A stretch of 64,000 nt of DNA from Balanoglossus misakiensis (Eukaryota; Animalia; Hemichordata): assembly GCA_040954595.2 (NCBI GenBank), contig CM082596.2, positions 1,517,854 to 1,581,853 of the forward strand. Reading direction: 5' to 3'. The notes below the pieces were generated by a model. The model saw only the letters and a list, made by a program, of their open reading frames with translations. It was not told the DNA's origin and did not search any database. Position numbers and translations under genes: made by a program. The stretch's first letter is position 1; every line of letters begins with the position of its first letter. Of this stretch, positions 1 to 11,800 are shown piece by piece.

Positions 1-50
1 GGATTGCGAACATCCAGAATATGAATTTGTTTTATTTTTTTTCTATTTAG

Positions 51-3000
51 TGTTCAGCACGGTATCCACCATCCATCTATTTCATAGTTGGTAATGAATT
101 CTGCGAAAGATACAGTTACTATGGAATGAAAGGTATGTATATTGATCTTCTGTAAGTTTGGAGTAATACACCGATTGTTATACTGTCCTCTATAGACAGG
201 AATTCAACACAATAATGCTCAGCCAGCAAGTTGATGTGGCAGAGCTCAGAACAAAACATAATACATTTGTGATTGTCATGTGTTTGCATATGAGTAAAAG
301 TCAATCTTGACACAGTCTATTTGACACTGCATATACTGATTCATATTTCAATCTTTTTTTGACCCTCAGCTATCTTGGTGCTGTATTTTACTGACATCCT
401 TTTACTCAGTGATTCCGATGCTACAACTATCTATCATACTTTCAGTATGCTGTGTTATCTGACACCAATCTTTGGTGCTATGATCTCTGATGGATGGCTG
501 GGAAAATATATGTAAGAATCTGACTCTTATAAACCTTGTGATCATGATTATGATGATGGTGATGATGATGATATGTGCATCAATTCTGTCTTTTATTCTT
601 CTCTTCAGTATTTCTTTAATCCTACAAGTTCGAAGAACGGTTTTTGCATCCTTACCCTTTCTCTTCTTCTCTCCACAGGACAATTTTCTCTCTATCTTGG
701 ATCTACATGTTGGGGAGTACCACCATGGCTCTAACAGCACTGCCACCACAGACCACTGGTGATCCCTATCTGTAAGTACATTGTACATTGACACCTCTTA
801 ACACCCAGTCTATGAGTGAAACCACACCTATAGAAACTGATGTGCACATTCAGCCTATTCTTGTTGTTGGTTTTATACTCATCCCAAGACTGTGTTTTCA
901 GCAACCAGAAAAGTAGCTCTGCAATCTTACAAATTGGCAATCTTAAATCTTGCAATTGAGCTATACATTTCTCTGTTTGTTCACTAATAGGTGGGGACCA
1001 TTGCTTGGGTTATTACTGATAGCCATTGGTACAGGTGGTATCAAGCCTTGTGTGGCTGCATTTGGTGGTGATCAGTTTAGGAAGGATCAGGTAATCTGCA
1101 TGTCTTTGTAAAAAGTCTCTTGGCATCCTATTGGTTCAGTGTCCTGTGGGTTGAATTCTTTGGAAAGTAAATAGTACACACAAAGGACATAATAATATCC
1201 CATCTTTCCAACTTGTGTTCCTTTTCCTTCAGGGTGCAGAAGTAGCTGTGTTCTTTTCTATCTTCTACTTTTCCATCAACTGTGGTAGTCTGCTGTCAAC
1301 GTTTCTAACTCCAATCTTGAGAGAAGACGTCCAGTGTTTTGATAACGACTGTTACGCCTTGGCGTTTGGTGTGCCAGCTGTTCTTCTGCTTGTTGCTATC
1401 GGTTAGTTGTTTTGTGAGAATACAATTCTGTCGTCTTCAAGAATGAGAAGCAGATTTCTCACTAAATCTAGTATGCTCTTGAATCTTTCAATACATACAT
1501 GAGGCAGTAATGTCCCAGAGGTTTGTGAACATTAAGTTTTGAAAGTTCTCCAAATCTCCTGTGATGGACAGAGTATGCGAGTGTAAGCCACCATTGACCA
1601 ATTCAGTTACACTAATTACTATTTCTTGCTTGTTTTTCTGTTTGTAGTTATCTTCATTGTTGGTCGATACACGGTCAATTACAAAATGTTTCCGCCCCAG
1701 GGTAATATTGTATGGATGGTCACCAAAGTCATTGGGGTGAGTATTAAAAACATTTTCATTTCAAAGATAGTTTACTTAGTTTTTGTCAATGACTGAATGA
1801 TTCTTGAAGTCACATCACAACATTTGCTGATGTATCATGTGTTATGAAATGTCATTATATTAAGCTTTTTGATGTCTGTTACCCATTCATATGAAGGATT
1901 AAATATTTTATAATTTGTGTGTCTTTTTCAGCGTGCAATCAAAAATAAAGTAAAGTATGGAAAAGAGCAGAAACATGATCACTGGTTAGACTATGCTGCA
2001 GACAAATATGATGTGAGTATGTGATCATAACCAGGGTTACTTCATAGTGATCCTGTCCTAACTCATTTACAATTTACCCCCGCCCCCATGATTGAAATAT
2101 CATCAAATGCCAGTATATAAGATGTTTGTATCTTCATCCAATATAGAAACGACTTATCGGTGATGCCAAGGTTCTTCTCCATGTGTTGATCATGTACGTT
2201 CCCTTGCCTGTTTTCTGGGCGCTTTTTGACCAACAAGGATCAAGATGGACTCTCCAAGCAACTCAGATGGACGGCACTTTTGTAAGTTTGAGAATTGAAA
2301 ACATCCAGATCAGTTTTATCAAAATTTGTGCTTTCCTTCATCAGATTATTATTAACAACTAACATAATTTCATTTATCTGCAGGGTGATTTTACCATCAA
2401 ACCAGACCAGATGCAGGTAAGATTTGACAATGTTAAGATTGGTTTTCAGGTGGATGGAAATAAGGATGATGAAGTTGTGGCAAACTAAGCCAAAAGGAGA
2501 AAGAGTGGCTTAAGCAAACAATAATGTTATGTGGAGAGAGGGGGAAGGGGAGAGACAGGGGAGAGAGACAGACAGACAGACGGAGAGGTAGAAGGTGATT
2601 TCAGTTGACCTTCTTGAAAAATTGGTGAGTTTGTTCTGTGTCTAAATTCATACTTTCTTCTTTATTTTTGTTGACCAACAGGTGTTGAATCCACTGCTCA
2701 TCCTATTGCTGATTCCAATCTTTGATAACATCATCTATCCGTGTTTGAAGTTTTGTAAGATCCGATGCACACATCTACAGAGAATGAGTTGGGGAATGCT
2801 GTTTGCTGCTTTTGCATTCATCTGTTCTGCGCTGGTGCAGTTTGCTGTCAATGTGAGTAGCTTCAAGTATTCTGTTAGAGGTCATCGCTTTTGATTCTGG
2901 TACATTTGTTTCTATGACAACACTTACAGTATGTGGGATAGTTTTATCACCAACTTCATTTTCCTCATCATACTACACAACATCACTGAAAATTTTCCTT

Positions 3001-5306
3001 CAATTCTTCTCTCACCAGAGCACTGTACGTGTTCCCCCAGTCAATGGAGAATCAGGATTGACGTTAATCAATGCCGCACCATGTGACATCGTTTTAAGAC
3101 AACCCAATGGTGAATGGGATCCAATATCTGTACCCTATGGAGAGGTAAGCCAATCAGGCTGCTATTCAGTGCCCTGGACACTGAATTTGTAAATTTTATC
3201 CAATCATAAATTAGCAAAAGGAGAAGCACAAATATGTAGCCAAACTTACCTGACCAATCAGAAGATGCAGGACTGTTTTACATTTTCTGACAATGTGATC
3301 TGAGCTTTCTTGAAAAATCTAAAGATGAATCTTATTCTATTATTTGACACAGTTTGGAGACTTTGTAACAACCAAGCCAGGAACTTACTTTGTGTCCATT
3401 GAAGGAAACTGTTCAGAGACTGGACAATCAGCTGGTATCAGTCTTGATCTGACCAATGCTGAAGCTTTCCGAGTGATCGCTGCGGAATTCCAAGGAACTG
3501 ATGGAAGTATGAATCTGGAAGCCGTACAGGTGAGTCTTCAGGATCCAGAATTTTTCTGTTCCTCTGCTGTGAAGAAAACATAGAGAGTTGCTGAGTTCAT
3601 ATTAACAAGTCATTCGGAACAGGACCTCTATAGAGGGAACTGGGGGTGAAAGGGTTAAACAGCGCTGACTTGAACATGACTTGGAGATTTGATCTTTAAT
3701 GTTCAGTTATTTTGAATTTACAGGTTCCTGATAAATATGAGAAACCAGACCGGGGATTGGCTTATGGAAGGTGAGAGTCAGGTCAATTCTATGTGAACGA
3801 ACACAGTTATCAGCTGCCTCAGGTGTATGATGTCATTTCAGTCACAACTGAACGTTGATGGCGCTTATCTACAACTGCACACAATGTCAGCAGCATGTGT
3901 TACTGTTAGCAGACGATAATTTCTGTGCCTCCGTTGCTAGCCAGGGCACGCTCGTATACTTTGTACCTTTTATCTATACACAGAACTGTTTATGTGGAAA
4001 GAATATTCCAACTGTTTGACAATGGAATAGCTAATCAATCTTGCTCATTATTCTTCTTTTCCAGTTTAATATTTACACAACTCGACCCAGCAAGAGACTA
4101 TTATCAGATTCAACTTAATGGTGGTGGTTTCCAAGTTGATTTGAATGCAACTAAACAGGGAGACTCGGCATTTTTTGTAACACCATGGGAATTATTTGAA
4201 CCTGCAAAGTGAGTATACAAGAACCGAATCTAGAAACCTGACAGCTCTTCCAGTGGAACTTTCCCCAAAATTTAACTTTCAGAGATGTCAAAAATCACAG
4301 CATTCCAATGGAATCTCGAAAATTGAGAGAAGGTGATAACTGAATGTAAATCCTTCCTTTCAGGTATACAGTTTGTGTCTGGGTTAACAGCAGTCACTGC
4401 GAAGAATGGTCACAGAGGGTAACCATGGAAACTGGTGCTGTTTACAGTGTAGTGTTTCAAAAGTCACATGGCAGTCCTCAAGAGGTCAGTCTTTCATATT
4501 CTGGAAATTATGTTTTGATACATGAAGTATATTGGCGGAAATTAATAAACATTAATTGGCTCATGTTAGTTTTTTGAAAAGTTAACGTATCGTTTGGCTG
4601 TTCTTCCATTACAGACTGTGATGTTTGTCCATGAGACTGTGCCGGCTAATACAGTTAATATTTTATTACAAATTCCACAATATGTACTCATCACAATTGG
4701 AGAAGTGATGTTTTCAATCACTGGTCTGGAGTTTTCATATGCACAGGTAAGATTCCAACATAATGTACTTTCTCCTAACTGTTCAGTTTTCTTTGTTTGG
4801 TTTTCAAGTACAAGACACTTTCTTAGAAATACTAATTTCACAAACTGTTGGAATATTGTCTTGTAGGCACCAGCAAGCATGAAGTCTTGTCTCCAGGCTT
4901 GTTGGTTGCTAACCGTTGCCGGTGGCAACTTGATTGTTATTCTCATCGCTGGCTCCACATTCATGACAAACCAGGTAAGAGATGCTACGTAGATCTTTTT
5001 TTAAGTACTAGTTTGTCCATTAAATTGAATTTACAGCTATCATCGGTACTGAGTTATTTATTTTTGTTTCATGTAACTTCACAGGCGCTTGAGTTCCTCT
5101 TCTTTGCTGCCCTCATGATTGTTGTCTTCTTCATCTTTGTGGGAATGTCCGTTTGGTACACCTATGTCACACCCTCGCATTACGATGATTTTGATGATGA
5201 CGATAAAGAAAAATTAACTGACGGCGTTGAACCTGAGGACTCAAAGGAAATTATGGCCATGACCAATGCGGTGGATGCTACAGAAGGGGAAAAGAAATCT
5301 GAATAG
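51..5306 (+). CDS. SLC15A1/2-like: Proton-coupled oligopeptide transporter (POT/PTR2 family, PepT1/PepT2-like), paralog A; 5' exons lie upstream of the window
   Basis: 18 GT-AG exons read by hand: 51-132, 370-511, 679-771, 991-1090, 1233-1401, 1648-1736, 1932-2012, 2147-2281, 2384-2416, 2682-2852, 3019-3144, 3353-3529, 3724-3770, 4065-4208, 4364-4484, 4615-4746, 4867-4974, 5085-5306 (2172 nt, in frame, TAG stop). Motifs: [14 protein letters not shown] (ExxER), [32 protein letters not shown] (PTR2), [30 protein letters not shown]...[23 protein letters not shown]. Confidence 0.96.
2534..2595. repeat. GA/GACA-rich simple repeat in an intron of paralog A
   Basis: gagagagggggaaggggagagacaggggagagagacagacagacagacggagagg. 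Confidence 0.75.
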
Positions 5307-5660
5307 GGCAGGGAATTGTGGGTGTTACAAAGGATTGTGGGTAAATTCAAAATAATCCTGTGCTGAAATCAAAGAGTGATGTTTCTGAAGAACCTGGAGT
5401 GATTTATCAATGGTTGAATATTCGTCACATCATAAGTCTTACTTTGTATCTGTTGTGTTTCATCATAGAACACAACATGGGAACTTGTCAACACAAGCAT
5501 GACTGTTTAGGGATCTTATCTTGGAAGTCATGTCTGAAGGTTTTGTTATTTTTTTTTAGTTTAAAATTTGTCACTAAAGTGGCTTGAAAGAAATGTTGTA
5601 ATTGGTTGCCGTGGGATCTTACTGCTTGTCTTTTGTCAGTAAAACGCGAGGCTTAATTGA

Positions 5661-5760
5661 GAAGACCAAATATGGTGTGGAAATACCAAATATGGTATAG
5701 GCTGACCAAATATGGCATATGGGCTGACTTAATATGTATTGACAGACCAAATATGGTTTG
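5661..5760. repeat. ~20-bp-period minisatellite containing four perfect CCAAATATGG (CArG-box) copies
   Basis: CCAAATATGG at 5666, 5686, 5706 and 5747, with a degenerate unit at ~5728. Confidence 0.85.
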
Positions 5761-7002
5761 TTGGTCAAAATTTAACTGCCATGCTATTAAAGATAATTAC
5801 ATAAATTTAAACATACATATCAACAAAATTATATTGACATTTACGTACATGTAATTGTAAGTGATGATATTAGAAATATTTTACATGTCATCTTATGCAT
5901 AATGTCTTATAAATATTGTTAGGTTATTTGTCTTTCTTTAGAGAATATGACCTTAGTGTGATAAATTGTACCTAATTGAGGGTTTCATTATTTTCGCACA
6001 GTACTAAAGTATAAGATTAGTCTATTTTTTGTTGTACAACTTTATTTTACTCCAGTAGTTGGATTTCAGTGAATATGTATCTTGTAATTTTCAGTGACTA
6101 TAGTTATGTTTTCATCATCATTTGAAAATTGCTTGTACATGTTCCTATTTCCAGTCATATTGTATCATCATAGAAGGGAAAAAGTTGCCCCTTTAGGAAG
6201 ATTAGAATTCTTCAGTGTGCAAAATATTTTCAGGAAACCATAAACGCACACTCAGTTTTATGAAAAGTACAACTTGAATATTATTTTCTCGTACCAAGAA
6301 GGATGCAATGACAGAAATTGATCTTGTATGCATTTGCTGGTTTGCTTTGGAGAGGTTTCCCTCTCTTGGTGACACTGTTCTCCAGGAGGAGACCCTTCAT
6401 TTCAGGGGGTGGCCACTTGTACATTTGAGAGCAATCACTTCCAGTAGCGAAAATTTAAAACAAGAGATGTCGCAAGCAAGAAAGCTGTCTAAACAGTACT
6501 TTCTTAAAATCCAATCAGATGAATGCTTCCAAGTCAAAATAAAAAGGAATTTTTATATATTTTTGGTAAAGATAATTCTATCACTGAACAAACCATACAT
6601 TTCTGTGAGTAGAAAGATTGAAACAACAATGATCGCGTGTTCACAATCCCGATTATGCAGCAAGTTATTAATGACTTTCTCTCTTTTTTTGTTTAAATCA
6701 ATTCTTTTTGTGAAAGAAACGATGTATGAAAAAATGGCAAAAATCTGTCAGTTTTTGTGGATGCTGTATTATCCAGCACCAAGTCAATACATTGTACTAT
6801 TTTCTGACACACTGCAGGTCAATAATACTAATAATGGTATATTGACCTGCTGAAGAGCCAATATCTGCCAGTAGAAAGTTACATGTCAGTAGTGTATATT
6901 GTTGTGTAAATATTAATGAAAGAAAAATTGTAATATTGCAATCTTGTAATCACCATGTTACGAACGTAATGTGTGGTGTACTTCCCATCATTCTGTTGTT
7001 AC

Positions 7003-7008
7003 AATAAA
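7003..7008 (+). terminator. Candidate polyadenylation signal of paralog A (would imply a ~1.7-kb 3' UTR)
   Basis: AATAAA followed ~25-70 nt later by a T/GT-rich tract (gttttctcttagtt...tgttgttt...gtgtgtgttg). Confidence 0.45.
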
Positions 7009-8479
7009 TGTGATTTCATGGCAAATGAGTTTTCTCTTAGTTATCGGATACCTGTTGTTTCAAAGTGTGTGTTGCTCTCTGGATGACCTGCTCTCTTTAA
7101 AATGTCAGTGACCGAATCGATCAATACAACTGCATAGTCTGACTGATATGAGACTCCTTTTAAAACAATTTTGAGTTTGCACATACTTATACCATTTGTC
7201 CATCTTTTTTAAAATATCGCTTGCTTCTGAAACAATGCAGACATCAATCACATATGTGATGTTTGTGCAAAAGAGAGAGAGAGGAGATATAAGTCGAGTG
7301 ATCTTTGAAATGTAAATATAGTGGCAAGGCATTGTAAGACATGAATTTTGCACTTTGCACTGGTTGGTGCTGATAAGACTGCATTTTGCTTCCAAATTGG
7401 TCAAACTTGCCAGGAGGTTAGTCATAAAAAGAGACCAAGTGATAAACCATGGGATATTTTTTTAAAAGACTTTTCCACAGTTCTTCACTGGCATTTTCAT
7501 GGCATGCCTTTCAACAACATAACATGGCTGAACTTCAGAGATTGTGCCAAATACGACTCTGTTATCGGAACTAACTTTGTCGCACCCGACCGGATAAAAC
7601 TAACCAGTTTATTTACTCAGATTCTGTGCATGTCTGTAATTTATATGATATTTCATGATAGTTGAATTCATTATCGAGATATGTTATCAATAAAGATAAT
7701 TCATATTGAACAGTTGTGAAAAATTCTCACGATACTGATGATGATGTGCCAACTGTTTCTATCATCTTAATTAAACCTCATTTGAAAAGTTACATTCCAG
7801 TACGCTTGCTGGAAGTGCATATTTTATGATTTTCCTCAATACCAATGCTACATGCAAGATCACATGCCACAATGAAATGCAAAGACTAGAAAATCCTGAT
7901 ATAATTGTAACGATGCAATGACACCTATCTATCTCTTGGGCATTATCTCTTGTCTGAGCTTACAATGGGATAACATTTATGACAGATCCGGTGTCCAGGG
8001 CTGTCTGAAATGAGTTAACATTTAACCAAAGGATGGTAATATCACCTAGCTGTAACCTTCATGAGTTAAACTCACCTATTTGAATTTTTGTTTGAAAAAT
8101 GCAAACTTCTAGAAACCTAAATAGAAAATATATTGACGCTTTTGAATTCTTGAAAACCAGCATACCCCCCTCCCACACCAATAGCTATGTTACCGTACCA
8201 TACAGCTGCTGGAGACCTATGGCTTTTATCTCAAACTTAAGTTTAATAATCACCAATATTGGTAAAAAGAGCTATGTTTCAAATTTGCTATAGTTGTTGT
8301 CATTGACCATCTTTGGAAAGCTGTCATATACGGTATGAATACATTTGCTAATTGTCAATACAGATACACTGACAGGTTTAGATGGTTTAGATATGTGTGA
8401 ATCGGGTCATTGGCCAATATGTCACATCATGAGTATACATGTACCAAAGTACAATCATTTATTAAATTTTAGCTAGTAG

Positions 8480-8826
8480 ACCATCTACTGCGTCAATGCG
8501 CAAGATAAGAAAATTGGCATCTGTGCACACAATTTCTTTTATATTCATTTCCACAGCGCGTTCAGAAAGGGCCAACAAGGCAGCTTTCTGTTCTGCAACA
8601 AAATCAAAAATACGCTTGCGCTGTTGGGGAAAAAAATCAAGGCCGATTACCAAACGGTAGCGTAACATATTTCATGCCTTGCTTTGAGATTTAAAGTCTA
8701 ATTTGTGTAATTAATATTTAGTGCGCCCTTTTTGCAACACGTGGCAGTAGAGGCAGTACTGTTTGCATCTCCGAGTGGAGTCTCCATTCAAGTTGTCCAC
8801 ACGAGGGAACGAAAAGAGTGGTCACA
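8480..8826 (+). promoter_or_regulatory. Probable promoter/5' UTR of paralog B
   Basis: Local rise in CpG density (gcgtcaatgcgc, agcgcgtt, tacgcttgcgc, cacgtg) within otherwise CpG-poor DNA, immediately upstream of the ATG. Confidence 0.4.
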
Positions 8827-11800
8827 ATGGGGAAGAAGGGCTCGGCCAATTTTGGCGCACAGGGTGATGTTCCTATGGAACCAACTTACAAGAACGCCTC
8901 CTACCAGCAAGATGCACCACCAACGTATGACAACGAATCGTACAAAAATGACGACGGTATGTAAGCATTTATCATTGGAATAGCTGCAGATCATGTCCTT
9001 GGGTTGTTGCAAAAATGTTTCTGTCTGGATGAAAACTCTTTTCAAAATTGAAATAACAGCCAAGTAAGATATCCTAAGATTTAAAAAAAACTTGATTCAC
9101 AATGTCAGTGGCCTTTAATTTTCGGAAAAGGGAGGCCATTAGGATTCAAGCATGACTTAGCAAAATGTTGATGAAATTGTTCTCGTGTCTCTCAAGAATT
9201 TGCAAGAATTTAATTAGGGTTAAAATTTCATTTGCGAATGCAAATCACTTGGTTCTATTAATCACAACCTCATTTCAGTCTGTTAGTTTACACTTTCATT
9301 GATTTTGCAAGAAATACTTAAACTTGTTACGAGCCATATGGATCACATCGAGTGATTAGGTTTGGGGGATGTGAACATGAATGAAACAGTTTCCAGCACG
9401 TGCAAGAATTAAAACAATGTGACCTGAAATACAAAAACAATAACAAAAGTTGCTTTGACGATCACAATAGGTGATTGTCTGTGTGTGAAAAGTTAATTGG
9501 TACTAATCAGACAATTATTCAACTTTGAGGCTGCTTTAAATCTGGCTGGCACCAGTTCAGAGATAACATTATTGGTTTAACAGTTTAAAATCAATTAAGA
9601 ATTGATTTTTTCGGCTGTTTTTGTGAATGATCTACAGTTAATATAAAACATTTCATTCCCCAACATCTGTCTTTACTGATAGAACGCGATTCTAGGACCT
9701 AATTTTTACAACGTCAAAGACAGAGTGACTGATTAACATAAAATGGCTGACATATTGGCAATACCAGGATGTATGAAAAATACACTGTACTGTTTGGAAA
9801 CAACAGAAATTGTGAATTGACCAATGTGTGCACGTGCATACAGCTTACTCGTTGAAACGGCGTAATGGTAATGGGATTGTTCTGTTTCAACAATAACCAA
9901 TGCATCATTGTAGTTTGGTTTCTTGGTTACAGATGTGTATCATGCAACAAGGTTGTTTGGAAAATGTCACTTTGAAAATGGGAGTTGAAATCTACAATAT
10001 GCAGAGTTCTATTGCATCATCTTTTTTTCAGTTCTTCGATGAGTTTTCGCTATAGGTTTGGTCGGCAAGGGTACATAATTAGTGATATCGGTTTGCATAT
10101 CTTGTTGATTAATAGATATTATAGTGATGGAATGATCGATTTATTGATAGATAATTTAACGCTATTTCATCATCTCCATTGTCTCACTGGTGAGGACGGC
10201 CTGACATTGACAACAGGCAGATCTGGGACTTCTTGAACGGACGACAGTTGAAACACAAATAGCAAATCAGATAAAAAAGGGCCAGTATTCAGATATAGAT
10301 CAACGACTTCAAAAGGTGCCCATTGAAAGGGTCGGGATGACTTGGACTTTTAACTGAGGTATCTATTGTCGGGGCAAAGTTTCATCTTCTGGACTTTAAT
10401 GATTGTCCCACTTATGGGAAGGTTACTGCTCCTGATTGTTGTAAACTTAGATCCTTTGACATATTTGCACTGACTATAGCCACAATGCTAACGCTCTCTC
10501 CCATCCAGGTTGATTTCACACAAAGTTGTTTATCACTAAAGTTTTGTCTACAATTTATGACTATTTGCAGTTTCATTAATTTGGTGAAAAAAATGACACA
10601 CGTCATGTGCTATAGATATCAGTCATCTTCAACTCATGCCAGATGCTACTGTGCGTGTGACCTGGTGGCACTGAGACCAAATACAGGTACATGGTTGTGT
10701 AAATAGTTGAAATGTCAAGCAGAGAGAGAGACATGGTGATGTGTACACGTGTACGGTGCTTCCTTCCGCCATGAATATAGGACACCAAGATGGCTGCCAA
10801 ACTTAATATTGGCCCTGTTCAAAATTTAACTTGAAAACAAGATGGTGAACACATATTTCTTTGAAGTTTTTCATTCAGCACCCTTATGAATGCTGACCTG
10901 TGTGATACATTGTGAAGACAGATCAACTCCACCTAAACCAAATATCATGACCATGGCCTGTATCTACAAGTACTGAAAAATTAAGAGATATTATTAATAA
11001 CGATAAATGATATCTTGTCAATAAATGGATACAGTGTCACTGACAATGTGAAGACCAGAGTGACCTTGCCAGTTATCTCTTCCGCTGATGAACAAAGTGA
11101 CCTGAATATGTCAAAGAGTTATCGATTTTGGCGCCGTTCGTTTGATGTGATAAACAAATATACCTGGAATGCCACTGTTTATCTGCCGACAACATAGTTA
11201 AAGCGTGGTGCATGCTAAGTTTTGAGAAATATTTCCCTATAAAAATGTGCAAACCTTTGGAAAAACTCTATCAAACCATAATGCAAAACAATATGAGAAG
11301 GTAGAATAATATCATCTCTAAAGAATGTAATAAACTAAGCGATAATAGTTTTGTGGGTAAAGTGAGACGCCCACGGCTAAAATGACATCTGTTATTGTCT
11401 CACTGGACTGGCAAACTTGACAGGATGCCAAATTGCAAGCATAAACCCAGATCTACTTAATAAGGTAGATGCTATGGACAATATTCAACATGTATCTGTA
11501 AGGACAGAAATCTTCTCTCATTATAAGTCACAAGGAAGACTGAGTAAAAAGTTCTATTTTTTGTCTTACATTAACAGCTGATGGTGAAAAACAACCAGCA
11601 GGCGAAAAGAGTGAAAAAGATGCCGGTCAAATTATTGAAGATGATGATGATTATGTGTATGATCCAGATGCTCCGGTATGTGATAGAAATCTTCTTGGAA
11701 ACAATCCATGGCATTCTATTTAATCCATACTTTGGCTGGTATACCAATATGAAATCGGTAATGATTTCATATTACCCACCATGTTACCCAGCCAAGAACA

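Noticed and set aside
6308-6853. 181-aa ORF downstream of paralog A
   Set aside because: No recognisable domain, composition typical of AT-rich non-coding DNA, and it lies in the probable 3' UTR.
10190-11500. Possible alternative first exons of paralog B in intron 1
   Set aside because: Short open stretches lack an ATG plus phase-1 donor combination compatible with the exon at 11578.
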